From the IMG/VR virus record IMGVR_UViG_3300050013_000165, positions 1 to 64,000 of that record: DNA of 64,000 nucleotides. One strand, 5' to 3'. This DNA comes from a virus. Every line of letters begins with the position of its first letter. Position 1 is the stretch's first letter. Shown here piece by piece: positions 28,697 to 38,601 of this stretch. Below the pieces are notes generated by a model. The model saw only the letters and a program-made list of their open reading frames with translations, was not told the origin of the DNA and ran no database searches. The position numbers were made by a program, and so were the translations under genes.

Positions 28697-29172
28697 TGGC
28701 GGGAGTCCTTCTTATCGGTGCCGAGGATGTAATCCTTGTTCCGTCAGCCGCAAAGGTGTACGAAGCACCTCGGCCCATTAGAGAGGGCATTGAACTGGTC
28801 CGGCAGCTTCAGAACTTCCCGACGTCGCGCTGCGCTGTAATCGTTGGTGCCACAGGCACAGAAGGCGCAGAGCACTGGTGCAAAATGAACGGACTCCCGC
28901 AGGTCTCGGTCGTCCCCATTGCCGTCGAAGATGCTGATTTGAAGCTAGAGACGGCTCAGTGGCACGCCATTGAGCGTCAGCGGGCTGCCGGACCCGTGAA
29001 CATGGTCCTGACGGCTTACCCCTACGTCTTCGAGATGTGTTCGAGAACTCACCAGGCGGTGCTATTGTACGGGCGCAGGGGCGGCCTCGAAGACATTCCA
29101 AAGCCTGAGTCGTGGGATACTTTGCAGGAGCGCTCGCGCCAACGTCGCGAGGCCATTGCGGAGGCATCATGA
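28696..29172 (+). CDS. possible degenerate HAD-fold protein
   Basis: LLIGAEDVIL...P.PIREGIELVRQL layout resembles HAD but the DxD motif is missing. Confidence 0.45.
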   Translation: MAGVLLIGAEDVILVPSAAKVYEAPRPIREGIELVRQLQNFPTSRCAVIVGATGTEGAEHWCKMNGLPQVSVVPIAVEDADLKLETAQWHAIERQRAAGPVNMVLTAYPYVFEMCSRTHQAVLLYGRRGGLEDIPKPESWDTLQERSRQRREAIAEAS

Positions 29173-29384
29173 AGCCCAACGATGTGTCACAGTCCCCAGT
29201 TAATCCACAGTACCCATTAGGGGCTACCAGCGATGAAGCAGAAATGCATCAGCAGCTTGTGGACAGAGACTTGCCCGGTCCTGGCGACATCGTTGCGCGG
29301 CTTGGTCGGCAATTCCAAATACCTCGGGCGCAGCCGGACTCACAAATGAGCCAGCGGCCGGGGATCAACGTAGGAGAGAGCTAA
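29169..29384 (+). CDS. hypothetical protein
   Basis: GGAGG RBS; coupled at both ends. Confidence 0.55.
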   Translation: MKPNDVSQSPVNPQYPLGATSDEAEMHQQLVDRDLPGPGDIVARLGRQFQIPRAQPDSQMSQRPGINVGES

Positions 29385-29707
29385 TGCCAGCAACGCAAGA
29401 ACGATTAGATGCAATGGTTGTGATGTTTCGGGAACTCCCAATTAACGAAGGATGGCCGGACACAGACACCAATATCGAGGGTCGAGTACACCAGGGGTTC
29501 GCCGTCGAAGCAGGAGACGTCGGTGGTGGTAATGAGGAAGACGTTCGCTTCTCGGCATTGCGCTTGCTTGCACGCAATTGTGCACAGTACGAGGCCTATC
29601 GAATTGAGAAGGACCCGCATGCCGGTCGTTTCGAGAACCTTCAAATCTTCCATGACGGAAATAAGTGGTGCTGGTATTGCACCACGCCCGCTCTTGCGGC
29701 GGTGTAA
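29384..29707 (+). CDS. hypothetical protein
   Basis: TAATG coupling at both ends. Confidence 0.65.
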   Translation: MPATQERLDAMVVMFRELPINEGWPDTDTNIEGRVHQGFAVEAGDVGGGNEEDVRFSALRLLARNCAQYEAYRIEKDPHAGRFENLQIFHDGNKWCWYCTTPALAAV

Positions 29708-31080
29708 TGGATTTCTATTTCGCTGGGGCTGAGAACCCTCAGTACGCAAAGGTCCTTGCTCGATTAGGAGTGAAGCACGTAGCTATCTCATTCAACGAGT
29801 GGCGACGACGTCACGCCAACGACAACCTCGATCTTCATTTCGCTGAAGACGTGAAGGTGTGCATTACCGCCGGGGTCTCCAAGAAGAATGAAGACTTCGA
29901 TTGGGACGACTTCGCTGCCGACTACTGCTTCTTTGCCGAGCACAATCTCGACGCTCTGGTCTACGACATCGACGCCGATGGATGCCCGCTTCCGGTTCGA
30001 ACAGAGGTGCGTCGAATTCTTGGTGACTTCCCCAACTCAGTGATCTTCCCAATGGAGGGCGAAGACCTCGACGAACTTGCACGAGAGTACGAACACATCG
30101 GAATTAACGCCCGACTCAACAAATCGAAACACATCACCGATCTCCGGCGCATTCGATCAAAGCTCTACGCCTCCAACATCACGAGCCCAACCACGCTTCG
30201 GGACGGTCGATTTGTTGCCACCACATCATTTGCTTGGCTCTCTGCACGCAAATACGGAGAGTTGTGGATATGGTCGCGCAACAAGCTCGTGCACTATTCC
30301 GACGACAATCGAGCAAAAGGCGTCAAAGCACACACAAAGGAGATTGAGGCGCTTGGTGTCGATCCTCTTGCGTGTCTGCAAAACGACACGAATTCGCTGG
30401 TCACAGTGGCTGTTTCAAGCATGTTGATGATGGAACAGTTCGTCTCTGGTCGCACCCGAGACGTCAAAGCTGTGGCTGCTACATCTGAAAATATCGTGAG
30501 TGCCGATCCCTTGGCAAAAGAGCTTTTTGGACCTGCTATAACCGTCCAAAACTCTGACCTTGTACCTGTTCGAGAACGTCAACGCGTGACCCTACCGGTC
30601 ATATCAATAGAAGACCAGGATGGCAAGCAAATTGTTCGTTCAAACGCCGATTCTTTGCGCCAGTGCAATAGCTGCTACATCCGCAATGATTGCCCTCGTT
30701 TTGAGGACTCTGCGTCGTGCGCCTTCTCTTTGCCGGTCACGATCTCCACTGCAAGGGATTGGGAATTGGTCGGGGCAGCCCTATTGGAGATTCAGGCAAA
30801 GCGAATTATGTTTGGTCACTTCGCTGATGAAGTGAGTGGTGAGGGTCCATCAGCACGAGTTGGACAAGAGATGGATCGCTGGTTCAAAATGGTTGCCAAC
30901 CTGAAGGAATCAATGGTTCCGATTCCAATGGCTGGTGAAGGGGCACTGTCCAAGGCATTCGGAGAAATGCCCGCCGAGCTAATGGGAGGTTTTGGTGCCA
31001 CCGAAGAAGAAGGCTCATACGACGAAGAAGACGACTTCGAAGAAGGAGTCGTTGTCGATAGGGTTGCCAGCGTGGGATAA
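29707..31080 (+). CDS. conserved phage protein: possible degenerate TGT-like barrel plus Cys4 domain
   Basis: FYFAGAE..., TSFAWLSARKYG, LRQCNSCYIRNDCPRF....CAF. Confidence 0.6.
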   Translation: MDFYFAGAENPQYAKVLARLGVKHVAISFNEWRRRHANDNLDLHFAEDVKVCITAGVSKKNEDFDWDDFAADYCFFAEHNLDALVYDIDADGCPLPVRTEVRRILGDFPNSVIFPMEGEDLDELAREYEHIGINARLNKSKHITDLRRIRSKLYASNITSPTTLRDGRFVATTSFAWLSARKYGELWIWSRNKLVHYSDDNRAKGVKAHTKEIEALGVDPLACLQNDTNSLVTVAVSSMLMMEQFVSGRTRDVKAVAATSENIVSADPLAKELFGPAITVQNSDLVPVRERQRVTLPVISIEDQDGKQIVRSNADSLRQCNSCYIRNDCPRFEDSASCAFSLPVTISTARDWELVGAALLEIQAKRIMFGHFADEVSGEGPSARVGQEMDRWFKMVANLKESMVPIPMAGEGALSKAFGEMPAELMGGFGATEEEGSYDEEDDFEEGVVVDRVASVG

Positions 31081-31177
31081 GGAGCCCCCGCAACTTGAAA
31101 TAAAAAGAACGCGTGTCGTTCGAACGGGGCGTCAAAAGATGCCACGTAATTGGGACAGCCCAGGAGGGCCACTGTAA

Positions 31178-31453
31178 ATGCCTACTTCACTTCACGAGGA
31201 TTACCGCTGTTCTTGTCGCATCCCAGTGCCAAAGGTCTTCAGGACTCCTGAGCAAGTCGAGAAGGGTGAGCGCGGCGATGACTGGGGCGTGTGTGTCACA
31301 TGCAACAACGTGTTCGACGAACGTCTCTACGAAATGATGTGTCGCAAGCACATCAAGAACTGGAACTTCGAATCGGTGGGCGATTACATCGCCAACTTTG
31401 ATCCCCATTATCGAGAGTTGATGGGGCTCGCCCCCTTAGCCGCCGAGCAGTAG
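31178..31453 (+). CDS. small zinc-binding protein
   Basis: CSC...CVTC. Confidence 0.6.
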   Translation: MPTSLHEDYRCSCRIPVPKVFRTPEQVEKGERGDDWGVCVTCNNVFDERLYEMMCRKHIKNWNFESVGDYIANFDPHYRELMGLAPLAAEQ

Positions 31454-31816
31454 CCGGGACCGCCGTCCAAAGATGGTTGGCGGCTTCGGTGGCGTGTTCT
31501 CCACATTCCATGCGTCAATGCCCTTAATGACTTCCTTCATGGGCTCGATGGCAGCACGACGGACCTTCTCTTGTTCGAGCAGGATGTCATAGGCGGCTTC
31601 GAGTTGCCCTCGTGCACCGAGAGCGCTGCTCGGTGGGTGTCCCGGCGGGATTGAGAGCAGCGTCTTCATGACAAGGCGTTGATCGGCCTGCATTCGTTGT
31701 CCGGCATAGAGAAACGCCATCATCTGTGAGCGCCAATTGACCTCGCGCAACAACAGCCAAATCGTTAGCACCGTGAGTGCCAACGCAACGGCCAGAACAA
31801 TCACGAGAATTTTCAC
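31436..31816 (-). CDS. membrane-anchored hypothetical protein
   Basis: GGAGG RBS, GTG start, N-terminal TM helix. Confidence 0.6.
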   Translation of the reverse strand: MKILVIVLAVALALTVLTIWLLLREVNWRSQMMAFLYAGQRMQADQRLVMKTLLSIPPGHPPSSALGARGQLEAAYDILLEQEKVRRAAIEPMKEVIKGIDAWNVENTPPKPPTIFGRRSRLLLGG

Positions 31817-32439
31817 TTCACGCCTCCAAATTTCTGTAGCTCGTCCCACCAGTCATCAACTGATTTGTTCAAATCGTCGAGCGTCCCGTCATTACGGAAC
31901 ACACCACTGAAGTCGTCAATGCCAAGTGAGTGTTCGCTTGAATGATCATTGAGTGGCCCTTTATCGCCTCGTTGAATCCACAAATCCCACCCGCTGTGAT
32001 AATGAATTGCGTCAAGTTCTTGTGGGTAGCGCACCCCAGTGATGACAACATTCTTCTGTTCAATTCGTGCCGGTTGGACGACATTCTTGAACAACCAATC
32101 AATCCAAATCCTCTCGTTGCCGAGAAGGTTGCGTCCGACGTCGGTGCCAAGTGTCTGAAACAACCTACGCACTTCGGGATTCTCTTTGCTCGCTGCATAC
32201 CCAATACGAGCATGTAGGTCTTGATAGCGCTCCATGCCGTATCGACCATCGGTGAAGTCTTCACCAAGGAATTTTCCATCGGCAAAGGCGTGGCAAACGG
32301 GAACCCAAGGATTGAGAATGAGCAATGCCTTCTCTAATCCAGATGAGCAACCACAACGCACCCAACCGTGTTTGGTTTCAAGCCGTTCTGCGAATGCATC
32401 CTTGCCAGCTTCTGCAAATCCACCAAGACCAAGGATCAT
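31813..32439 (-). CDS. deoxynucleoside monophosphate kinase
   Basis: ILGLGGFAEAGKD, RRLFQTLGTDVGR, VVITGVRYPQE, HSSE, NDGT. Confidence 0.9.
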   Translation of the reverse strand: MILGLGGFAEAGKDAFAERLETKHGWVRCGCSSGLEKALLILNPWVPVCHAFADGKFLGEDFTDGRYGMERYQDLHARIGYAASKENPEVRRLFQTLGTDVGRNLLGNERIWIDWLFKNVVQPARIEQKNVVITGVRYPQELDAIHYHSGWDLWIQRGDKGPLNDHSSEHSLGIDDFSGVFRNDGTLDDLNKSVDDWWDELQKFGGVK

Positions 32440-33155
32440 GGGCTGACATATCCGTTCTTGACAAACGATGCCCATGTAATCGGCATCAGGGTTGAAAACG
32501 ACTCTTCCATTTTGTCCACGAGGATGTTGATTTCCTTCATGGGATGTGATGGGAACTTGGCCTCTTCTTCGGTGAGTTCTTTGCGTAATGAAAGAATTGC
32601 CATCAAGCTTCGAGCATTGACGGTGTAATACTGCGACGAGAAGATTGAGACCGGCAGACACATGCGTGCGACCTCTTTTGCAATGCCATGTTTTAAAAGG
32701 TCTCGGTAATCAGTCCAAGCATCAGTAAAACTGCCTTTTAAAACATTGCTCAATGTACGATATTGAGCATCATCGCCTGGTGAGAAAATGTAATGTCCGG
32801 CTTTGCCTGTTTGAATGAGGTTGCGCTCTCGTGCTGGTATGTAGAACTTCGGACGCATCTCTTTATAGCGTCCGCTCTCCTCATTGATTGAGATACCAAT
32901 GCGGTGTCGATGCAGCTCTCGATACACAAAGATTGGCGCATCAGTGAAGAACGTGAACTGATTGTGCTCGAACGGTGTACCGTGCCGGTTCTTCATCAAG
33001 AAGTTAATGAGCCCGGCCTTCTCACTGTTGTCTGCATCAACCGCATCAGGCCCGAGCACACTCACGCGAGCAGCCGCAACTACGTCTTCATCCCTCGCAA
33101 GCGAGCGCACGAGTTGGCAAGTGATCTCCGAAGTGAATTCAATTTCGTCAGGCAT
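32436..33155 (-). CDS. thyX: flavin-dependent thymidylate synthase
   Basis: AARVS, HGTPFEH, RELHRHR..SINEESGRY, EVARMCLP, NARSL. Confidence 0.97.
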   Translation of the reverse strand: MPDEIEFTSEITCQLVRSLARDEDVVAAARVSVLGPDAVDADNSEKAGLINFLMKNRHGTPFEHNQFTFFTDAPIFVYRELHRHRIGISINEESGRYKEMRPKFYIPARERNLIQTGKAGHYIFSPGDDAQYRTLSNVLKGSFTDAWTDYRDLLKHGIAKEVARMCLPVSIFSSQYYTVNARSLMAILSLRKELTEEEAKFPSHPMKEINILVDKMEESFSTLMPITWASFVKNGYVSP

Positions 33156-33630
33156 GGATCAACGCATGAACAACGTTCGAGAACAAGTGGTCTTTGATTT
33201 GCTGTGACTCCGGTAATGCTGAATAAGGAACAAGGAGTGGGTGCTCTTTCTTTTCCTCATCTTTGACCGGGCCGAACTTCCAACCATGTTCGAGCTTGAA
33301 TGCGACCCACCCTTCGTGTGATTGCTCGGGTGTGTTGCCGTCAATGATCCCTTGAACACCAGAGGTGGCCGACTCCTGAGTCTCTAAGTCGAGGTTTTCC
33401 CATAATGGCGAAACAGGAATGGTCGTTGGTGCTGAGGTCTTGATCGGGTGAGCGTCGTACCATTTGCGACGTTCTTCGGGATCGCAAATGATTTGGCTTG
33501 GTGATCCAAGAGCGTGCCCCATCATGCCTGTCACTGCTCCGCACTGAGCGCAGTGGTAATGAGACCCACCGAAATCTTGATCGCAACAACGTGACCGGTT
33601 TTGGTATTTGGCAAAATCTGCATCACTCAT
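33148..33630 (-). CDS. RyR-domain protein with Cys/His N-terminus
   Basis: PEQSHEGW...GWKFGPVKDEEKKEHPLLVPYSALP..QQIKD. Confidence 0.8.
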   Translation of the reverse strand: MSDADFAKYQNRSRCCDQDFGGSHYHCAQCGAVTGMMGHALGSPSQIICDPEERRKWYDAHPIKTSAPTTIPVSPLWENLDLETQESATSGVQGIIDGNTPEQSHEGWVAFKLEHGWKFGPVKDEEKKEHPLLVPYSALPESQQIKDHLFSNVVHALIHA

Positions 33631-33631
33631 G

Positions 33632-33931
33632 CTAAGAGTCACGTCTGAGTCTCGCTTCCTGTCCACATCCATCGCATTTGAAGTAATCCATGTGCCCACC
33701 ACCAGTGGGACGCGACTCAATAAACGTCATGATGTCTTTGCACGTACAGACGGCCACCAATTCAAATTGGAGCTTGTCCGCATCACTGATGTTGTGTTCG
33801 AGCAGGAAATGCCCAACGCTCACATCAGCCATTGAGAATTCATCGGGTGGTAGCCAATGGCACACACCACAGGCGAGCTTTAGCTCAGGCTTGATCACTC
33901 TGGTCACCAATGGGCTCAATGACCGCACCAT
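33632..33931 (-). CDS. small zinc-binding protein
   Basis: CGVC..HFLLEH, CTC, CDGC. Confidence 0.55.
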   Translation of the reverse strand: MVRSLSPLVTRVIKPELKLACGVCHWLPPDEFSMADVSVGHFLLEHNISDADKLQFELVAVCTCKDIMTFIESRPTGGGHMDYFKCDGCGQEARLRRDS

Positions 33932-34295
33932 CCATCAGTGGTCGTATCTTGTCCAGAAGGTCCGGCGCAAAGATGAATGCAGGAAAGAACCCAGTTGTTC
34001 CATCGGCATCACCTTGTGGACCTACCAAGGCAACTTCCATGTTGATGTCGTCGTTGATCTTCAAGGTGCCCTTCGCAACCCAAAGCTCGTCAGTGAGAGC
34101 TGCAATAAGAATGTCGTGAATCACGCACTGAAGTTCGGCTTCTTCGTGCTCATTGAAGTTCTCGGCATCCAACACGTTCACATCAAAGCCGCCGTCGTCT
34201 ACTTCAAACTGTGCGCGCATTTCCGCCAAATGAGCAAGGAAATCAAGAATTGGAATGTTGTCGTGCTTCTTGTGCTTGTGCTTCTTTTTCCCCAT
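33885..34295 (-). CDS. hypothetical protein
   Basis: TAATG coupling in leftward operon. Confidence 0.6.
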   Translation of the reverse strand: MGKKKHKHKKHDNIPILDFLAHLAEMRAQFEVDDGGFDVNVLDAENFNEHEEAELQCVIHDILIAALTDELWVAKGTLKINDDINMEVALVGPQGDADGTTGFFPAFIFAPDLLDKIRPLMDGAVIEPIGDQSDQA

Positions 34296-34504
34296 TAGAT
34301 CACCCTCATTCTGATCTTCCATTCGGACTTCAGGCCTTGTTCGACGTCATCAGCGTAGGACTTAGTGACACGTCGAAGCAAGGGTGTGATGTCCCCACAC
34401 CAATCTGTTTCACCTGTTGTGGTGTCTTCGATCTCGAAAACAAATCCAGGGCGTACCAGTGGCATCTGCATTGAGGTGTGACGAGTTGTCTTCTTGGATT
34501 GCAT
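34295..34504 (-). CDS. hypothetical protein
   Basis: AAGGGG RBS; coupled to the next gene. Confidence 0.55.
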   Translation of the reverse strand: MQSKKTTRHTSMQMPLVRPGFVFEIEDTTTGETDWCGDITPLLRRVTKSYADDVEQGLKSEWKIRMRVI

Positions 34505-34528
34505 TTGATTCCCCTTCTTGAAATGAAA

Positions 34529-34786
34529 TTAGGTGCTGTCTCGTAATCGTTGTTGAAGCTCCAATGTGTACTTCTGCACGAGAGCGAGCGGATCGGTATC
34601 ACCGATCTGCGCCAGCAAGTTGACCACACCGCTGTGGCTGCACGCAACAGCGAACAAGATGAGAACGAGATCATCGTGCTCGATGTCTTCAAAGAAGTCA
34701 AAGAACGGCTGAACTTCGGTCGTGGTGAGAGCCATTGTGATTGCTGCGGTGGCATTTGATGCCACCTCTTCTTCACTCAATCGCAT
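34529..34786 (-). CDS. hypothetical protein
   Basis: GAGGT RBS. Confidence 0.6.
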   Translation of the reverse strand: MRLSEEEVASNATAAITMALTTTEVQPFFDFFEDIEHDDLVLILFAVACSHSGVVNLLAQIGDTDPLALVQKYTLELQQRLRDST

Positions 34787-34798
34787 CGTGCGGCCACC

Positions 34799-35137
34799 TC
34801 AGTGATTGCTGTTGATCGTCATAGATGAGTCCACACGTACAGGGGACCCACTGGACCTCGGACTCTCCACCTTCGGGCATGACACTTTGGGGATCGTTTC
34901 CGTTACAGGTGTGCTGCACGTTGGCCTCCACTCTCGCCAGTTCCGAAAGTACAAGGCTACAAAGAACGGGCAGGCAAATGTTGCCGACCACTCGTGCAAC
35001 CAAATGAAGATACCAGCCCATAAGAACTCGCTTGAAATGGCAATGAGCCAACCAAAGCGTCTCTTCTTGCCGGTGAACCAAACAGCCGTGAGACCCCACA
35101 GAGTCAGCACCAAGCCAGGTATTTGGTGTTCAATCAA
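34799..35137 (-). CDS. small PnuC-like membrane protein
   Basis: Three TM helices; G.K.R.GW......LW pattern. Confidence 0.55.
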   Translation of the reverse strand: MIEHQIPGLVLTLWGLTAVWFTGKKRRFGWLIAISSEFLWAGIFIWLHEWSATFACPFFVALYFRNWREWRPTCSTPVTETIPKVSCPKVESPRSSGSPVRVDSSMTINSNH

Positions 35138-35578
35138 TCAGTTGTTGCCCGCATCTCTTTGTCCATATCTTCCTCGGTCGATGTTCCGAATTTGATCTTT
35201 ACAACGTGCACACAACGGTGGTTTTGGATCAGGAACTTCATGCTCATGACCACGTAGACCGGGAGTGCAAAACCAACACGATTCCTTCTTTTCTAATCTA
35301 ATGCGTGGAGCAGACTTTACCTGAACAGACGGTGCCGCTTGTTTCTTTGGACGGCCAGGAGTTCTTTGTACTCTCTTCTTCGGGCTCGCTTTATCCTGCG
35401 CTTGTATTGGTAATTGCGTAGGAGGAGCAATAAGTTCTTCATATCGTCGTGTTTCAGGCTCTGATAATGGATCACGATGACCTAGCCGAAAGCATGGCCG
35501 ACAGACCCCACCAATTGCGGCTGGATTCTCTCCGCATACTGAACAGGTTGGCCGGTCAATCGAGAGCACAATAGACAT
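35138..35578 (-). CDS. hypothetical Cys-rich basic protein
   Basis: Four CxxC pairs. Confidence 0.55.
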   Translation of the reverse strand: MSIVLSIDRPTCSVCGENPAAIGGVCRPCFRLGHRDPLSEPETRRYEELIAPPTQLPIQAQDKASPKKRVQRTPGRPKKQAAPSVQVKSAPRIRLEKKESCWFCTPGLRGHEHEVPDPKPPLCARCKDQIRNIDRGRYGQRDAGNN

Positions 35579-35686
35579 TCAATTCACCCCTTCTGGCAAG
35601 CAAGAACAGTCGATCAAACTCCACCTGGTGATTCTCGATGAGAACTTTGACCGCTTGACCTCTTGCCTGGTTGTAAGCCTTCTCAC

Positions 35687-35923
35687 TCACCATCCCGCTT
35701 CCTCGCCCATCTCGGCACGGCGGTGCTCGTTACTGATCCTGATTCTTTCTCGCTCACACCGTGATGGCTCTTCTCGTGTCCACGTTCCTTTTTGACAATG
35801 ATGGATTACGAGGTTGCCCTTCACAGTGAGGAACATTGGATCATTACAAAGGCTGGGCGACCAGAAAGAGAAGCACAGAGCGCATTCGTCATGAGGGGCG
35901 GCAACACGAGACACAACCATCAC
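35687..35923 (-). CDS. hypothetical protein
   Basis: Coupled ORF in leftward operon. Confidence 0.45.
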   Translation of the reverse strand: MMVVSRVAAPHDECALCFSFWSPSLCNDPMFLTVKGNLVIHHCQKGTWTREEPSRCERERIRISNEHRRAEMGEEAGW

Positions 35924-36192
35924 TCCGGCAAAGGATGAGCTTCAAAACGAGAGAACCGACACTCGTAACTGATGATCTCGTTTCGTGCTCGCACAATGCG
36001 GTCGATTAGATAGAACCACTGACCGGCAGTGTCGGTAATGACGATGAACTCAGTGAGGTGTTCACTTGTCCATCGCTTGATGTGTGGGCTCATCTCAACG
36101 AGCTGTGTATAGAAGGTCTCCCTGTCATGAGCCTTTGTGATCGTTACTTCCCCCGCCTCATTAGAACGAGCTTCCATTATCCAATCACTCAT
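35920..36192 (-). CDS. hypothetical protein
   Basis: GGAGG upstream; coupled ORF. Confidence 0.55.
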   Translation of the reverse strand: MSDWIMEARSNEAGEVTITKAHDRETFYTQLVEMSPHIKRWTSEHLTEFIVITDTAGQWFYLIDRIVRARNEIISYECRFSRFEAHPLPE

Positions 36193-36355
36193 CGGCTAAT
36201 CCCTCCACTTGGCCTGTGTGTTTGTATTCGTCCATTTGCTCATCAGTGAGCCCACGTAATCCCTCGCACTCGCTAATGGGGAAGTGCAGTGGCCGGAGAC
36301 ATCGTGGACAGCATTGTTCAATACGAAACACTTGTGCTGTCGCCTCATCGACCAT
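36185..36355 (-). CDS. small CxxC protein (56 aa, not in ORF track)
   Basis: MVDEATAQVFRIEQCCPRCLRPLHF...; overlaps next start. Confidence 0.5.
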   Translation of the reverse strand: MVDEATAQVFRIEQCCPRCLRPLHFPISECEGLRGLTDEQMDEYKHTGQVEGLADE

Positions 36356-36441
36356 TAGCTAATCCTTCGCCTTCTTGTAATCGCACAACGGGGCAGTAGA
36401 ACATAAACCAACACCAGAGACAACAGAGAGAGTAGATCAAC

Positions 36442-36588
36442 TCACTCCGGTAGACAAGGGTCGGTGTCCTTGGTGATCAACCATCGAATGTAATCCTCTA
36501 ATGGCATCTCCAATCGTTCTGCCTTCTTACGTGCACGAGCCATTAGCCAATTAGGGATGCGTATCTGATAACGAGTGGAGAAAGACAC
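36442..36588 (-). CDS. ribbon-helix-helix DNA-binding protein (48 aa, not in ORF track)
   Basis: RYQIRIP strand, NWLMARARKKAERL helix, PLEDYIRWLITKD helix. Confidence 0.7.
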   Translation of the reverse strand: MSFSTRYQIRIPNWLMARARKKAERLEMPLEDYIRWLITKDTDPCLPE

Positions 36589-36769
36589 GACACACTCATT
36601 AGCACTCACGCATTACACAGTCAATAGATATGACATGTCACGTTCCCTTCATATTCACTCCTTCGCTTGCCTACCCTCTCCCAACTCCTTATGCACTCAC
36701 CATTTGGTAACTCATAACTCCATTGTCGTAATAACCCATCTAATCAACAGATCATTTGGTTATTCATGT

Positions 36770-36960
36770 GTAATGCCCGCTCTAATGCGTAACACCATTT
36801 ATGCATAATCCAAATGTCAAGACCTTTGACATGCCTCTTTGTAATGCATAATGCATGCATGAATATGCAGCTCTAATGCATGTAACTCCATATGCAGGGA
36901 TTATGCAACAACATTACATAATGTACGTTATGAGCTGTAATGCGTATCAAATGCGTGATT
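36770..36960. repeat. AT-rich non-coding tract with about 13 ATGC motifs
   Basis: Counted by eye; includes inverted repeat ATGTCAA-5-TTGACAT (36814-36832). Confidence 0.7.
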
Positions 36961-37123
36961 ACGCTCCACGAATGGTCAATGGTCGATGACCCCCCCATCA
37001 TTAATCGTAAATAGGGTCCCATACAACGTGCCAAGCGACATGGACACACAACGTTGCTAATGGTGCAGTAACTCACACACCACAAGAAATTTTTTGATGG
37101 AAAGTTGCATTGGGCATAACACA

Positions 37124-37375
37124 ATGGGAGGATGGCGAGATGAATCGACGGGACATTTGGGAGTGGCGATTTGCGGTCGCCCTGAATCGGTGCATCGAAC
37201 AAGCGAGCTACCGAAAGAGGTTCGCGACAGGCTCACGGCTTCGTTGCCATCCGACCCTCGCGACTTGCTGACCGACGAAGACAAAGCGTTTCTTGCCGAT
37301 CAAGCCGAACGCAATCGTCTTCGTAAGGCCCAAATCTCAATGGAAACCGGCATCCCAACGAACGAGGTCGGCTGA
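37124..37375 (+). CDS. hypothetical protein
   Basis: First + strand ORF after the strand switch. Confidence 0.5.
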   Translation: MGGWRDESTGHLGVAICGRPESVHRTSELPKEVRDRLTASLPSDPRDLLTDEDKAFLADQAERNRLRKAQISMETGIPTNEVG

Positions 37376-37922
37376 GTAAATGTCCACTAATACGAAAAGA
37401 CCCCCAGCCGAAGCCGAGGGCCGATCCGTTCTCCCTAGAACTGGGAGGTTTGTTGGGAGATCAATGAGCTTCACTATCCCAAAAGGTAGGAGCGATACCG
37501 ACAAGGTGATCCATTGTGATGTTCTCCCCACGCAGGCGAGCGGCCTTACACATCTCGGCGGCTTCGCGTGTCTCAACAAACACGCCGAAACAGAATGAAT
37601 CGCTCATGGGACCGGAGCGAACGTGAAAACCTCGCACGCCGCGATATTCACCGGCTCGGATTCTGATTTGTTCGTGCGAGGGGCAATCGCAGAAAAGTGG
37701 GGTGCAAATACCAGCGCCGCAACTACAGCGACCACAAACTTGACAAGTCATCTTGAACCTCCCAGTTCATGTGTTGTTGTCAACATGATAACAGGGCTGT
37801 CAATAGCGGTTGACCAGGAGAATTAGATGGCGATTACTCCGGAGGTTTTCATAACATGAAAACAATACTCAGTGAGGACGAATTAGACCTGGGAGACTGC
37901 CCATACCTCGCGCGATGGAACA

Positions 37923-38387
37923 ATGAAGCTGGGCACGATCCCGAAGCTGTTGAAAAGGTCTGGGATGCGTATTGCCCAAACGTATGCAGGTGGTGGGAAG
38001 TCAAAGAAATACCTTGAAACCGTGCGAGCACGGCTAGAGCGTGAGTTCTGGCTCTCGATTTGGCCGTGGTGGATCATCCAGTGGTTCCACACACGTTTCG
38101 AGCGTCGTGGGCTCCGCAGATGTCATAACGGTGATCACTGCGACATCATCGAAGAGACGTCGAACTGGACGACACTGACGCTCCTCTACACCTATTGCAA
38201 GTACTGCGGGCGTCCCTCGATGTGCACCTATTCGCATTATCCATACGATGGTTGGGCTCACTGTCACGACAAACATCGCTTCGAGCACGACACAGTTGAG
38301 CGTGTTCGGACGCTAATCAAACCAGAGCACTGGCGATCCATGATGGAGCGAGAAAGGACTTGGTTGCAGCGATGGCCTACCGGTTGA
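37923..38387 (+). CDS. hypothetical protein
   Basis: 154-aa Trp/His/Cys-rich ORF. Confidence 0.55.
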   Translation: MKLGTIPKLLKRSGMRIAQTYAGGGKSKKYLETVRARLEREFWLSIWPWWIIQWFHTRFERRGLRRCHNGDHCDIIEETSNWTTLTLLYTYCKYCGRPSMCTYSHYPYDGWAHCHDKHRFEHDTVERVRTLIKPEHWRSMMERERTWLQRWPTG

Positions 38388-38601
38388 ACGAACGCAGCAC
38401 CGTCCACGATGGAACGCTCGTCTACAACACAGATACGGATGAACAAGGGAAGGCCACGCGCATACACAATCATCTCAACGTGACGTGGCAGAACGGCCGG
38501 AGCACGCTGCATCCCATCGACCAGTTTCGTCGGCGCAAAGATGCAAAAGATTTGGAGTATTTAGAGCTTGCGCCGTGAGAATTAGGCATTACAATTGCAA
38601 T

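Noticed and set aside
28696-29172. GmhB phosphatase completing the heptose pathway
   Set aside because: Lacks DxDG, the TNQ motif and the Zn-binding cysteines
36770-36960. CRISPR array
   Set aside because: Motifs are 4-7 bp and irregularly spaced, with no repeat-spacer structure and no cas genes
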